Assembly (NCBI GenBank): GCA_036556985.1
Contig: DATBIK010000026.1
Location: 1-60,886, forward strand
Length of the DNA: 60,886 nucleotides
DNA from: Candidatus Limnocylindria bacterium
Lineage (GTDB): Bacteria; Chloroflexota; Limnocylindria; QHBO01
Reading direction: 5' to 3'
The position numbers and the translations under genes are program-made. Below, piece after piece: positions 42,875 through 51,463 of this stretch (the stretch's first letter is position 1; each line of letters opens with the position of its first letter). The notes beneath the pieces were generated by a model, which did not search any database, was not told the DNA's origin, and saw only the letters and a program-made list of their open reading frames with translations.

Positions 42875-44341
42875 GTGAGCAAGAACGTGGCCCTCTTCGT
42901 AGATGTGGCCAACCTCTACTACTCCGCTCGCGGACAGGACGTCGACGTCGACTACGTCGCCCTGCTCAAGTCCGCGACGAAGGGGCGCGACCTCATTCGC
43001 GCCTATGCCTACTCGGGTCTGGATCCCGAGAACGAGAATCAGCGGAAGTTCATCGACTTCCTCAACAAGAACGGCTACAAGGTCCTCACCAAGGACATCC
43101 GCAAGTTCGGTGACGGCCGGGTCAAGGCGAACCTCGACATCGAGCTCGTGGTCGACCTGTTCCGCCTGGCCGATCGCATGGACATCGCCGTCATCGTCTC
43201 GGGCGACGGCGACTTCGCCCCGGCCATCCGAGCACTCCAGGACAAGGGCGTGCGCTGCGAGGTGATCAGCTTCCGGCCGAACACCTCGTCGGACCTCATC
43301 GCCGTCGCCGACGAGTTCATCGACGTCATGAAGATCGCCGGCATCGGTCGCGGCTCGAAGGAGGCCAAGGCACAGCGCGGCATGAGCGCGCCGGAGATGC
43401 CCGCCAAGGAGGTCGTGCCCGAGTTCGGCTTCCGGGAGGCATCGCCCGGTGTGGCCGCCGCCGCCCTGGCGGCGCTGCGCGAGGGCAAGTCCGATGGTGA
43501 CGGCCGATCCGCCGGCCGCTCCTCCACGGGCCGTGGACGCGGTCGCGGCCGAGGCAAGGCAGCCGATGCAGCCGAGGCGGCGGCCGAGGCGCCGGAAGTC
43601 GAGACCATGACCGTCGAGGCCGACAGTCCCGGGGAGGACGGCGAGCAGCGGAAGCGTCGCCGTCGCCGCGGTGGTCGCGGGCGCGGCCGTCGTGGTCGCG
43701 GCCACGCCGAGGAGGCCGGCGCCGGGGGGACTCCCGCCGAGTCCGGCGAGATCGGCTGGGTGGAGCTGGACGACCTGTCGCAGCTCGCCGAGCTCGAGGG
43801 CGTGGACCTGGGCAGCGACGCCCTCGAGACCGAACGCGAGTACACCTTCGAAGAGGCCGACGCCGACACCCTCGCCGAGCTGGGCATCAGCGACGCGTCC
43901 GCGGTCGAGGCGCCCGCGGAGGACGAGGCGGAGAAGAAGCCGGCACGCCGGCGCTCGACCCGCACGGCAGCGCCGAAGGCCGATGCCGAGGCGCCCGCGG
44001 AGGCCGAGACGGAGAAGAAGCCGGCACGCCGCCGCTCGACCCGCAAGACGGCCGAGAGCGTGGAGGGCGGGACCGACGCCGCGCCGGCGGAGGAGAAGCC
44101 GAAGCGGACGACGCGGTCACGCGCGTCCAGCTCGGCCTCCGGTCCGCGGAAGTCATCGGCCAGGACCGCGGCGAACGCCGGCGAGACCGCGGAGGCGAAG
44201 AAGCCCGCCCGCCGTCGGCCGGCGAAGAAGCAGGAGGCGTCGTCCGCGGGCGAGGCTGCTGCCGCCGAGGGCTCCGGTGAGGAGACCGAGGGCATCTGGC
44301 AGCGCTTCCGCTCCGCACGGGGGCGCAGCCGCTCCTCGTAG
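42875..44341 (+). CDS. NYN/LabA-like (DUF88) domain protein with a ~330-aa disordered Arg/Lys/Ala/Glu tail
   Basis: N-terminus VALFVDVANLYYSARG...IAVIVSGDGDFAPAIRALQDKGVRCEVISF, with the NYN acidic residues. The tail has an RG-rich block and EKKPARRRSTR repeats (DNA copies at 43931 and 44012, 81 bp apart). Confidence 0.8.
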   Translation: MSKNVALFVDVANLYYSARGQDVDVDYVALLKSATKGRDLIRAYAYSGLDPENENQRKFIDFLNKNGYKVLTKDIRKFGDGRVKANLDIELVVDLFRLADRMDIAVIVSGDGDFAPAIRALQDKGVRCEVISFRPNTSSDLIAVADEFIDVMKIAGIGRGSKEAKAQRGMSAPEMPAKEVVPEFGFREASPGVAAAALAALREGKSDGDGRSAGRSSTGRGRGRGRGKAADAAEAAAEAPEVETMTVEADSPGEDGEQRKRRRRRGGRGRGRRGRGHAEEAGAGGTPAESGEIGWVELDDLSQLAELEGVDLGSDALETEREYTFEEADADTLAELGISDASAVEAPAEDEAEKKPARRRSTRTAAPKADAEAPAEAETEKKPARRRSTRKTAESVEGGTDAAPAEEKPKRTTRSRASSSASGPRKSSARTAANAGETAEAKKPARRRPAKKQEASSAGEAAAAEGSGEETEGIWQRFRSARGRSRSS

Positions 44342-44362
44342 CCGTCGGCTCGCCGACATGCA

Positions 44363-44391
44363 GAAGGCCGGTCCCGCTGGGACCGGCCTTC
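44363..44391. terminator. Bidirectional hairpin terminator between convergent genes
   Basis: 13-bp perfect stem GAAGGCCGGTCCC-gct-GGGACCGGCCTTC. Confidence 0.6.
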
Positions 44392-44413
44392 GTATGTACG
44401 CGGGGCGGATCGG

Positions 44414-45082
44414 CTAAGCCTTCTCGTCCCCCTCGGTGGCGGCATCGATCGTCTCCGGGGCGGGAACCTCGCCCTCTGCCGGCTCCGCCTCCTCCGCCGG
44501 GCTGCCGTTCGTGCCTTCGCGCTGGAAGAGCGGTACCCAGTCGCCCGCCTCGTCGCGGGCGCGCGTGGCGGCATCCCGCGCCTTGTCGGCGATCTCGTCA
44601 CGCATTTCGCGCCCCGGCTTGGGGGTGGTCAGCATCGCGACGATGGCGCCGGCCGCCGCCCCGACGAGCAGCCCGAGGAAGAACGCCAGCCAGTGGCGCC
44701 GCTCGCGCTGCTTGCGGATGCCGAGCCGCGCAGCCGCGTCCTCGGCGAGCTGCTGGCCTGCGGGAATTGCGGCACCGGCCGCGCTCATCGCCACCGTCCG
44801 CCGCTTCCACAGGTCGCGAAGCGCCGGGCTCAGCTCCTTCGTCCAGGTGCGCCGGGACCACTTCATCGCGTCCTTGCCGGCGCGGCGGGCAGCCTTCTCG
44901 GCATCCCTGCGCTGCGGCTCGGAGTCGTGCCAGGCATCGCTGGCGCGCGCCGAAACGGTCTCGGTCGCCTCCGCCACCGCGGCGGCGAGCTCGCGACCGC
45001 GCCGCGCGATCTGGTCGGTCACGTCTGCCTCGAGCATCCTCTCGACGACGGATCGGACCCGCGTGGAGACCTCATCGGCCAT
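44414..45082 (-). CDS. YtxH-like general stress protein (single TM, helical hydrophilic domains)
   Basis: FLGLLVGAAAGAIVAMLTTPKPGREMRDEIADKARD matches the YtxH signature. ATG 45082 has GAGGAGG 5 nt upstream. Confidence 0.7.
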   Translation of the reverse strand: MADEVSTRVRSVVERMLEADVTDQIARRGRELAAAVAEATETVSARASDAWHDSEPQRRDAEKAARRAGKDAMKWSRRTWTKELSPALRDLWKRRTVAMSAAGAAIPAGQQLAEDAAARLGIRKQRERRHWLAFFLGLLVGAAAGAIVAMLTTPKPGREMRDEIADKARDAATRARDEAGDWVPLFQREGTNGSPAEEAEPAEGEVPAPETIDAATEGDEKA

Positions 45083-45115
45083 GTCGTCCTCCTCGTTCAC
45101 TCGGGCAGGGGTCGG

Positions 45116-45132
45116 TGCAGAAAGTATGCCAC
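45116..45132 (-). promoter_or_regulatory. Sigma-54-type -24/-12 promoter (P5) upstream of the ytxH-like gene
   Basis: Minus strand reads GTGGCATACTTTCTGCA. GG and GC are at consensus spacing. It lies 33 nt upstream of ATG 45082. Confidence 0.6.
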
Positions 45133-45273
45133 TCGAAGGCGGTGCCCGCCCGGCGCGTCCCAACGGGCGGAGCCGGTTGCCGGCCGGCCGCCAGCGCAGC
45201 GTGCCCGGCACCCGGCGGGCACCGTCCACAGCATGGCGCCTGGGCATCATCGGCCGCTTACCGGCGGCTTACC

Positions 45274-45279
45274 TATACT
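45274..45279 (+). promoter_or_regulatory. -10 hexamer TATACT, 6 nt upstream of the holB GTG (leaderless-type)
   Basis: ccTATACTcagccgGTG. Confidence 0.45.
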
Positions 45280-45285
45280 CAGCCG

Positions 45286-46395
45286 GTGTCCGTCATCGAG
45301 GCTGAATCGGGCTTCCTGAGCCTTGGGCAACCCGTCGCGCGGCGCGTCCTCCAGCAGGCCGCCGCCAGCAATCGGCTGGGCACGACGCTCCTCGTCCACG
45401 GCCCGCGCGGGGCGGGCAAGGGGGCATTCGTCGACGACGTGCTCGCACTGCTGCTGTGCGCGGACGCCGACGTCGCACGCCGCCCCTGCAATGCGTGTCG
45501 GGCCTGTCGCGACGCGCGGGCTCGGGCCCACCCGGACCTCGTCATCGGCTCGCCGGAGCGCTGGCGCGAGGAGCGCTCGACCGGCGAGAGCATCGTGGCC
45601 GCCGCCCGGCGCTGGCTCCTGGCCAGCGCCGGCACCCCCATCGCCGGGGCGCGCCGCGTCATCCTGGTCGAGGGGGTCGACCGTGCCGGCGAGGCCGTCC
45701 AGAACGCCCTGCTCAAGGGGCTCGAGGAACCGTCGAGCCGGCAGCTGTTCGTCCTCGTCGCCGACGACATCGGCCGCGTCCTGCCCACCATCGTCTCCCG
45801 CGCCCAGGGGCTCCGCGTCGGCGCCGTGCCGCGCGCGGAGCTCGCCGCGTGGCTCGTCGACCGCGAGCGACTGCCCGCCGACCAGGCCGATGCGCTGGCC
45901 CGCATCGCCGACGGACTCCCCGGACGCGCCATCGGCTTCGCTCGGCAGCCAGAGCTCGTCGAGTGGCGTCGTCGCACGCAGGCCGAGCTGCTGGCCCTCC
46001 TCGAGCGCGGACGCGCGGACCGCTTCACCACCGTCCGCGACCTCCTCGACGCCGCCCCACCGACCGGGCCGGCGGTCGTCGAGGAGCCCGCCGCGTCCCC
46101 GGACGACGGCGCCCCGGCCCGCCCCGCGGCCGCGGCTCAGCGCGCCGCCGCGCTGGCGATCGTCGATGCCTGGCAGGGGCTCGTGCGCGACCTGCTCGTG
46201 GCGGCCGCGGGCCGCCCGGCCTATGCCCCTTCGACACAGCTGCTGCCCGACCTCGAGGACGCCGCACGGCGCCTGCGACCGGCGGCGCTCGTGGCGTTCG
46301 CCGCGCTCCTCGAGCGCATCCGGGACGGCATTCTCGAGAACGCCGCGCCGCGGCTGGCCCTGGAGCGGGCGATGCTCAGCTGGCCGGACGTGTGA
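45286..46395 (+). CDS. holB: DNA polymerase III delta' subunit
   Basis: LLVHGPRGAGKGAF...CNACRACRDA (zinc module)...VILVEGVDRAGEAVQNALLKGLEEP...TIVSRAQ. GTG 45286 is in frame within track ORF 44767..46395. Confidence 0.8.
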   Translation: MSVIEAESGFLSLGQPVARRVLQQAAASNRLGTTLLVHGPRGAGKGAFVDDVLALLLCADADVARRPCNACRACRDARARAHPDLVIGSPERWREERSTGESIVAAARRWLLASAGTPIAGARRVILVEGVDRAGEAVQNALLKGLEEPSSRQLFVLVADDIGRVLPTIVSRAQGLRVGAVPRAELAAWLVDRERLPADQADALARIADGLPGRAIGFARQPELVEWRRRTQAELLALLERGRADRFTTVRDLLDAAPPTGPAVVEEPAASPDDGAPARPAAAAQRAAALAIVDAWQGLVRDLLVAAAGRPAYAPSTQLLPDLEDAARRLRPAALVAFAALLERIRDGILENAAPRLALERAMLSWPDV

Positions 46396-46406
46396 GCCTG
46401 GAGCGA

Positions 46407-46676
46407 ATGGTCGTCCGCGTCGTCGGCCGGGTCCAGGGGGTGGGGTTCCGGTGGTGGGCGCGCACGCGCGCCGAGTCGCTGGGGCTCACCGGGTGGGTGG
46501 CGAACGACGACGATGAGCGCTCGGTGACGCTCGTGGCCGAGGGCCCGCCGCCGCAGCTCGACGAGCTCGAACGGCTGCTGCGCATCGGTCCGTCCAGCGC
46601 GCGGGTCGAGCAGGTGGACGCCAGCCGCGAGCCGGCGTCCGGCACCTTCCAGCGGTTCGAGATCTCGCGCCGATGA
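46407..46676 (+). CDS. acyP: Acylphosphatase
   Basis: VVGRVQGVGFRWWARTRAESLGLTGWVANDDD...VTLVAEG. Confidence 0.8.
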   Translation: MVVRVVGRVQGVGFRWWARTRAESLGLTGWVANDDDERSVTLVAEGPPPQLDELERLLRIGPSSARVEQVDASREPASGTFQRFEISRR

Positions 46677-47038
46677 ACCTGCGCGCCGTCGGCTGCGCTG
46701 TCGTCGGCGTGGCCGTTTTCGTGGGCCTCGGCGTTTGGGGCCTGTCGCTCGCCTTCCAGGACGCGGAGGGCTGCCCGCCCTCGCTCCAGTGGGAGGACCG
46801 CGCATACGTCGCGGAGGGCACCCCCGCCCCGTCGCCAGACCTCGGACCGGGCGATCCGGTGTACATCGGCTCCACCTTCATGGGCCCCATCACCCGCCGC
46901 ACGTACGGACCGGCGGGCAGCTCGCCATCGACCGATGCGGCCGACCGCCCGTCGCTGATCGCGCTCGACTGTGCGGACGGCACGTTCCAGGTCTATCGCT
47001 GGGACGACGCGCCGACCGGCCCCGACGCCTCGCCGTGA
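46673..47038 (+). CDS. Membrane-anchored hypothetical protein (121 aa)
   Basis: N-terminal TM segment (AVVGVAVFVGLGVWGLSLAF). 4-nt overlaps with both neighbouring genes. Confidence 0.5.
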   Translation: MNLRAVGCAVVGVAVFVGLGVWGLSLAFQDAEGCPPSLQWEDRAYVAEGTPAPSPDLGPGDPVYIGSTFMGPITRRTYGPAGSSPSTDAADRPSLIALDCADGTFQVYRWDDAPTGPDASP

Positions 47039-47985
47039 GCGACCGCCGACCGCTCCTCCTGCTCGTGAACCCGGTCTCGGGCGGCAAGCTCGGGGCGCCG
47101 GACGTGCTCGACGCCGACCCGGAGGCCCTCGAGCCCGGCGCCCTGCTCGCCGCGCTGCGCGACCGCGGGCTGGAGGTGGAGCTGCACGTCCTCGGCGAGG
47201 ACGACGACGCGCCGGCGCTGGCCCGCGCGGCCGCCGAACGCGGCATGGACGTCGTGGCCGGCGGCGGCGACGGGACGGTGGGCCCGGTGGCCGGCGCGCT
47301 GTGCCACACCGAGGCGACGCTCGGGATCCTGGCCATGGGCTCGTGGAACAACGTGGCCATGACGTGTCGCGTGCCGATGGCGCTCGAGCCGGCGCTCGAC
47401 GCCATCGCCCGCGGCGAGGCGACGCGCATCGACACCGGCCTGGCCTGGCACCCGGATGGCGGCCGCGACGCCCCCGACGACGCGCCGCCGGACGACGCGC
47501 AGCGCTTCTTCGAGGCGGCCGGCGTCGGGCTGGACGCGGCCGGCTTCGGCGCCACCCAGGTGGGGGAGCGGCACGGTCTGCTCGCCGCCCTGCGGTCGGC
47601 GTGGCGCGCGCTGCGACGTCGCCGCACGGCGATGCGGCTCGTCGTCGACGGGCGCCGGCTCGGCACGCAGGCGCCGGCGGTCACCGTCTGCAACGGCCCC
47701 TACATGGGCATGGGTTTCGCCATCGCCCCGGAGGCCGATCCCACCGACGGGAAGCTGGACGTCGTTGTCTTCTCCGGCATGACGCGCTGGGCCGTCCTGC
47801 GCCACTGGATCGCCGTGGCGGGCCGCCGGCCGCGGCGGGAGCCACGCATGCGCCGCCTGGATGCCGAGCGGGTGACGATCTCCGGCGTCCGGCGGGTGCT
47901 GCCCGCGCACGCGGACGGCCGCTCCATCGGGACCACGCCGGTCTCCTTCGCGGTCGACCCGGGGGCGCTGCGCGTCTTTCGCTGA
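47035..47985 (+). CDS. Diacylglycerol/lipid kinase family protein (YegS/BmrU-like)
   Basis: LLLLVNPVSGG...VVAGGGDGTVGPVAGAL...LGILAMGSWNN. The GTG start overlaps the upstream stop. Confidence 0.8.
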   Translation: MSDRRPLLLLVNPVSGGKLGAPDVLDADPEALEPGALLAALRDRGLEVELHVLGEDDDAPALARAAAERGMDVVAGGGDGTVGPVAGALCHTEATLGILAMGSWNNVAMTCRVPMALEPALDAIARGEATRIDTGLAWHPDGGRDAPDDAPPDDAQRFFEAAGVGLDAAGFGATQVGERHGLLAALRSAWRALRRRRTAMRLVVDGRRLGTQAPAVTVCNGPYMGMGFAIAPEADPTDGKLDVVVFSGMTRWAVLRHWIAVAGRRPRREPRMRRLDAERVTISGVRRVLPAHADGRSIGTTPVSFAVDPGALRVFR

Positions 47986-47991
47986 CGCGGC

Positions 47992-49008
47992 CTAGTCGCG
48001 AATGGCGCCCCAGCCGGCATCGGTCCCGAACAGGCGCTCGTGGGTGGCCAGGGCGTAGCGGTCCGTCATGCCGGCGATGTAGTCGGCGACCTGCACGACC
48101 GGCGGCGCCTCGTGCTGGCGGTAGGTGTCCGGGATCTCGTCGGGGTGCGCGAGGTGGTGCTCCACGAGGTCGTGGAGGATGGCGATCGCCCGCTCCTGGC
48201 GGACCCTCTGCTCGGGCGACTGGTAGACGCGGGCGAACATGAAGTCGCGCAGCTCGTGCATGACGGCCAGGGTGTCCTCGTCCATGCGCACCGCCCCGGC
48301 GCCCAGCGAGTGCTCGATGACGGCCTCGATCATCTCGCCGATCCAGGCGCGCCCGGGCTCCCCGAAACGCGCGACGACGCCCGCCGGGAAGTCGGACGGC
48401 GCGAGCACCCCGGCCCGCATGGCGTCGAGCGCGTCGTGGGTCAGGTACGCGATGCGGTCCGCGTAGCGCACGGTGTGCGCCTCCGGCGTCGCCGGCGGTG
48501 GGGTGATCTTCCACGAGTGGGCACGGATCCCGTCGCGCACCTCCCAGCTCAGGTTGAGGTCCTCGAGCACCTCGAAGATGCGGACGCTCTGCGCGGCGTG
48601 GTGCCAGCCGTCGGGCGGGAAGTACGGCGACAGCGCCTCCTCGCCGGTATGCCCGAACGGGGTATGGCCGACGTCGTGGCCCAGCGCGATCGCCTCGGCC
48701 AAAGGTTCGTTGAGCGATAGCCCGGCCGCCAGCGAGCGGGCGATCTGCGACACCTGCAGGGTGTGGGTCAGGCGGGTGATGAAGTGGTCCCCGTCGGGGT
48801 GCAGGAAGACCTGGGTCTTGTGCTTCAGCCGGCGGAAGGCCTTGGCGTGCACGATCCGGTCACGGTCGCGCTCGAACGCGGTGCGATACGGGTCGGGCGC
48901 CTCCTCCCTGGCCCGGCCGCGGCTCTGCGCCGAGCGGGTGGCGGAGGGGCTCAGCCGCTCCTCCTCCGCCTCGCGGGCACCCCGGTCGCGCCGGATGAAG
49001 GCCTGCAT
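47992..49008 (-). CDS. dgt: dGTP triphosphohydrolase-like HD-domain protein
   Basis: FERDRDRIVHAKAFRRLKHKTQVF...DHFITRLTHTLQVSQIAR...LGHDVGHTPFGH. ATG at 49008. Confidence 0.85.
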   Translation of the reverse strand: MQAFIRRDRGAREAEEERLSPSATRSAQSRGRAREEAPDPYRTAFERDRDRIVHAKAFRRLKHKTQVFLHPDGDHFITRLTHTLQVSQIARSLAAGLSLNEPLAEAIALGHDVGHTPFGHTGEEALSPYFPPDGWHHAAQSVRIFEVLEDLNLSWEVRDGIRAHSWKITPPPATPEAHTVRYADRIAYLTHDALDAMRAGVLAPSDFPAGVVARFGEPGRAWIGEMIEAVIEHSLGAGAVRMDEDTLAVMHELRDFMFARVYQSPEQRVRQERAIAILHDLVEHHLAHPDEIPDTYRQHEAPPVVQVADYIAGMTDRYALATHERLFGTDAGWGAIRD

Positions 49009-49051
49009 GGACCGATGATGCCCGACCCATGAAGCTCGATGCCGTGTGAAG

Positions 49052-49239
49052 TGGCCTGCTGTATCGGGCCATATCGCGCCAGAGTCGACTTTCAGGCCGT
49101 GAATGGCCTGCTGTACGGGGCCACCTGGAGCACGAGGCGCGCCAATTGGCACACCTCACGCTCGCGGTGGCCTGCTGTACCAGGCCAAACTGCGCCGGAG
49201 ATCGGGCTCAGGCGTCAAATGGCCCGCTGTATCGGGCCA
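49052..49239 (+). repeat. REP-like palindrome cluster, locus C (two tandem 116-bp units, four hairpins)
   Basis: TGGCCTGCTGTATCGGGCCA at 49052-49071; TGGCCTGCTGTACGGGGCCA at 49104-49123; TGGCCTGCTGTACCAGGCCA at 49168-49187; TGGCCCGCTGTATCGGGCCA at 49220-49239. Spacing is 52/64/52 bp. Confidence 0.8.
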
Positions 49240-49262
49240 GACCCGGCCGCGCGTGTGATGGG

Positions 49263-49424
49263 TCAGTCGTCGTCCTTCTTCGTCTCGCCCTTCTCGGCGC
49301 GCTCCTTGTTCACGGTGCGGGCCGCGCGCTCCTCCGCCTCGTCCTTGCTCACGCCGCGATCCTCGTACGAGTCCTTGATGTGCTCGTACTGTCGCTCGCG
49401 CTTGTCGCTCCAACCTTCCGGCAT
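49263..49424 (-). CDS. Small hydrophilic protein, 53 aa (MPEGWSDKRERQYEHIKDSYEDRGVSKDEAEERAARTVNKERAEKGETKKDDD)
   Basis: C-terminal segment of track ORF 49263..49952. ATG 49424 has an AGGGGAG SD. The sequence recalls a conserved small stress-associated family whose name I cannot give with confidence. Confidence 0.6.
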   Translation of the reverse strand: MPEGWSDKRERQYEHIKDSYEDRGVSKDEAEERAARTVNKERAEKGETKKDDD

Positions 49425-49467
49425 GTCCGTACTCCCCTGCGTCCTCGGACCGGCATGGACCGACGTC

Positions 49468-49484
49468 AGCAGCGCGCGTGCCAC
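49468..49484 (-). promoter_or_regulatory. Sigma-54-type -24/-12 promoter (P3)
   Basis: Minus strand reads GTGGCACGCGCGCTGCT. It lies 43 nt upstream of ATG 49424. Confidence 0.55.
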
Positions 49485-49488
49485 GCCG

Positions 49489-49505
49489 GTGGCCCGCCGC
49501 TTGCA
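49489..49505 (+). promoter_or_regulatory. Sigma-54-type -24/-12 promoter (P4)
   Basis: GTGGCCCGCCGCTTGCA. It lies 46 nt upstream of ATG 49552 and is back to back with P3. Confidence 0.55.
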
Positions 49506-49551
49506 ACGAAGGTCCGCGGAACAACGAAGCAATCCCGCATAGGAGCACGCA

Positions 49552-50016
49552 ATGAGCACCGTCGAGAAGTCAATCGACGTCAACGTCCCGATCCGCACCG
49601 CATACGACCAGTGGACCCAGTTCGAGGAATTCCCGCGCTTCATGGAGGGCGTGAAGTCGGTCACCCAGGCCGATGACACCCATCTCCGCTGGGTCGCCGA
49701 GGTCGCCGGCCAGGAGAAGGCATGGGACGCCGAGATCACTGAGCAGCATCCGGACGAGCGGGTCGCGTGGACGAGCACGAGCGGCGCGCGCAACGCCGGC
49801 GTCGTGACGTTCCACCGGCTCGACGACAACACCACGCGGGTCATGCTCCAGCTGGATGCCGACCCCGAGGGCCTCGTGGAGAACGTCGGCGATGCGCTCG
49901 GCTTCCTCGACCGCCGCGTCGAAGGCGACCTCGAGCGCTTCAAGGAGTTCATCGAGTCGCGCGGCGTCGAGACCGGCGCCTGGCGCGGCGAGGTCGAGAG
50001 CCCCTCGGCCCGCTGA
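49552..50016 (+). CDS. SRPBCC-superfamily (cyclase/dehydrase-like) protein
   Basis: VEKSIDVNVPIRTAYDQWTQFEEFPRFMEGVKSV...RVAWTSTSG...VVTFHRL. Confidence 0.75.
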   Translation: MSTVEKSIDVNVPIRTAYDQWTQFEEFPRFMEGVKSVTQADDTHLRWVAEVAGQEKAWDAEITEQHPDERVAWTSTSGARNAGVVTFHRLDDNTTRVMLQLDADPEGLVENVGDALGFLDRRVEGDLERFKEFIESRGVETGAWRGEVESPSAR

Positions 50017-50029
50017 GGAGGATGCCTCC

Positions 50030-50434
50030 ATGGATGATCGGGAGCGCCCCGAGCAGCTCGGGGGAATGACCGGAGCGACCGGACGACTCACGCCCGACGA
50101 CCCGGACGGCGCGTTCGTCCCGGCCGAGACGCGCGAGGTCACGGACGCCGAGGCCGCTCGCGACATCACCGCGGCGGTCCATCGCCGCCGCGAGGACCGC
50201 GTGGCGGAGGAGCCGGACGAACCCGGCAACCTCCGAGCGCGCGGGGAGGCGACGCCGCCGAACGACCGCGACGGCGGCTACGGATCGGAGCACGGCCTGG
50301 CCGGCGACGATCCTGCCTACCGCGAGGAGGAGCACCTCCCGCCGCCACCGCTCGACCCGGCGCCCGGGCACGCGCCGGGAGCGACCCGGATCGGCGGTGA
50401 CGAGGTCCGCTCCCCGGAGGACGAGCACTTCTAG
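50030..50434 (+). CDS. Acidic, probably disordered protein (134 aa)
   Basis: ATG 50030 has GAGGAGG 8 nt upstream. Asp/Glu/Pro/Gly/Arg-rich with no recognisable domain. Confidence 0.45.
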   Translation: MDDRERPEQLGGMTGATGRLTPDDPDGAFVPAETREVTDAEAARDITAAVHRRREDRVAEEPDEPGNLRARGEATPPNDRDGGYGSEHGLAGDDPAYREEEHLPPPPLDPAPGHAPGATRIGGDEVRSPEDEHF

Positions 50435-50464
50435 GCAGTCGCCACGCCGGCGCGCGGCGGGGTC

Positions 50465-51463
50465 GTGCTAAGGTGGCCGGCTTTGGAACCGATCACCGAC
50501 GAGCCGATCCGCCGCGGGCCAACCCCCGCGCGTCCGCACACCGAGCGCGAACGCCTCGTCGCCGCGGCCGAGACGCTGCTCGTCACCTTCCTGTGGGCCA
50601 CGTCCTGGGTGCTCATCAAGGTCGGGCTCAACGACCTCGACCTCCAGCCGGTGTCGTTCGCCGGCCTGCGCTACGTCCTGGCCGCCGCGATCCTGGCGCC
50701 GCTCGGCTGGCGCGCGATCAGGGGCGTGCATCGCCGCGGGGAGCGCGGTCTCGACCGGCGGCTGCTGCTCCATGTCGGTGCGCTGGGACTGTTCCTGTAC
50801 GCCCTGGCCCAGGGCGCCCAGTTCGCAGCGCTGGCGGTCCTGCCGGCGGCGAGCGTTGGCCTCGTGCTGGCCTCGATCCCGATCTGGGTCGGCGCGGTGG
50901 CCTGGGCCCGCGGCGAGGAGGCTGCCAGCCGTTGGCAGGTGGTGGGCATCGGCGTCCTGGTGGCCGGCGTGGCGCTGTACTTCGGCGGCTTCGACCCGGG
51001 CACGTCCGGCTGGATCGGCCTGGGCGCGGCAGTGCTGTGCGCCGCCGCCTCGACGATCGGCCAGCACCTGTCCCGCGACCTGAACCGCGACGCGCAGGCC
51101 CGCCTGGGCGGGCCCATCGGCCTGACCGCCCTGTCGATGGCGGTCGGCAGCGTCCTGCTGCTGGGGGTTGGCGTGTGGCTGGAGGGCTGGCCACGGCTCG
51201 ACCTGGCCGGGTGGCTCATCGTGGGGTGGCTGGCGGCGGTGAACACCGCCTTCGCGTTCACGCTCTACAACCGCACGCTCCGGGTCCTCACCGCGGTGGA
51301 GTCGAGCGTCATCGTCAACCTGCTGCTCGTCATGGTCGCCGCCATGGCCTGGACCTTCCTTGGCGAGGCGCTCGACGTGCGGCAGATCGCCGGGCTGGGG
51401 CTGGCGACCGTAGGTGTCCTCGTCGTGCAGATCGCCCCGCGCTGGGAGCGGCGCGCCGCCTAG
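50465..51463 (+). CDS. EamA/DMT-family transporter
   Basis: Ten TM helices with duplicated EamA halves (FLWATSWVLIKVGL..., ...AFAFTLYNRTLRVL). The start is uncertain (GTG 50465). Confidence 0.75.
   Translation: MLRWPALEPITDEPIRRGPTPARPHTERERLVAAAETLLVTFLWATSWVLIKVGLNDLDLQPVSFAGLRYVLAAAILAPLGWRAIRGVHRRGERGLDRRLLLHVGALGLFLYALAQGAQFAALAVLPAASVGLVLASIPIWVGAVAWARGEEAASRWQVVGIGVLVAGVALYFGGFDPGTSGWIGLGAAVLCAAASTIGQHLSRDLNRDAQARLGGPIGLTALSMAVGSVLLLGVGVWLEGWPRLDLAGWLIVGWLAAVNTAFAFTLYNRTLRVLTAVESSVIVNLLLVMVAAMAWTFLGEALDVRQIAGLGLATVGVLVVQIAPRWERRAA

Noticed and set aside
47455-47471. CTGGCACCCGGATGGCG and similar TGGCAC strings inside coding regions (also 28854, 34530, 42015 reverse complement)
   Set aside because: They are inside well-supported CDSs, and either the -12 GC is missing or mis-spaced, or the -12 element is a poor match.
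49146-49162. TTGGCACACCTCACGCT, a sigma-54-like GG-N10-GC match
   Set aside because: It lies inside the conserved inter-hairpin segment of REP-like locus C, and the homologous segment in locus A lacks TGGCAC. The -12 region (ACGCT) is poor and no gene follows.
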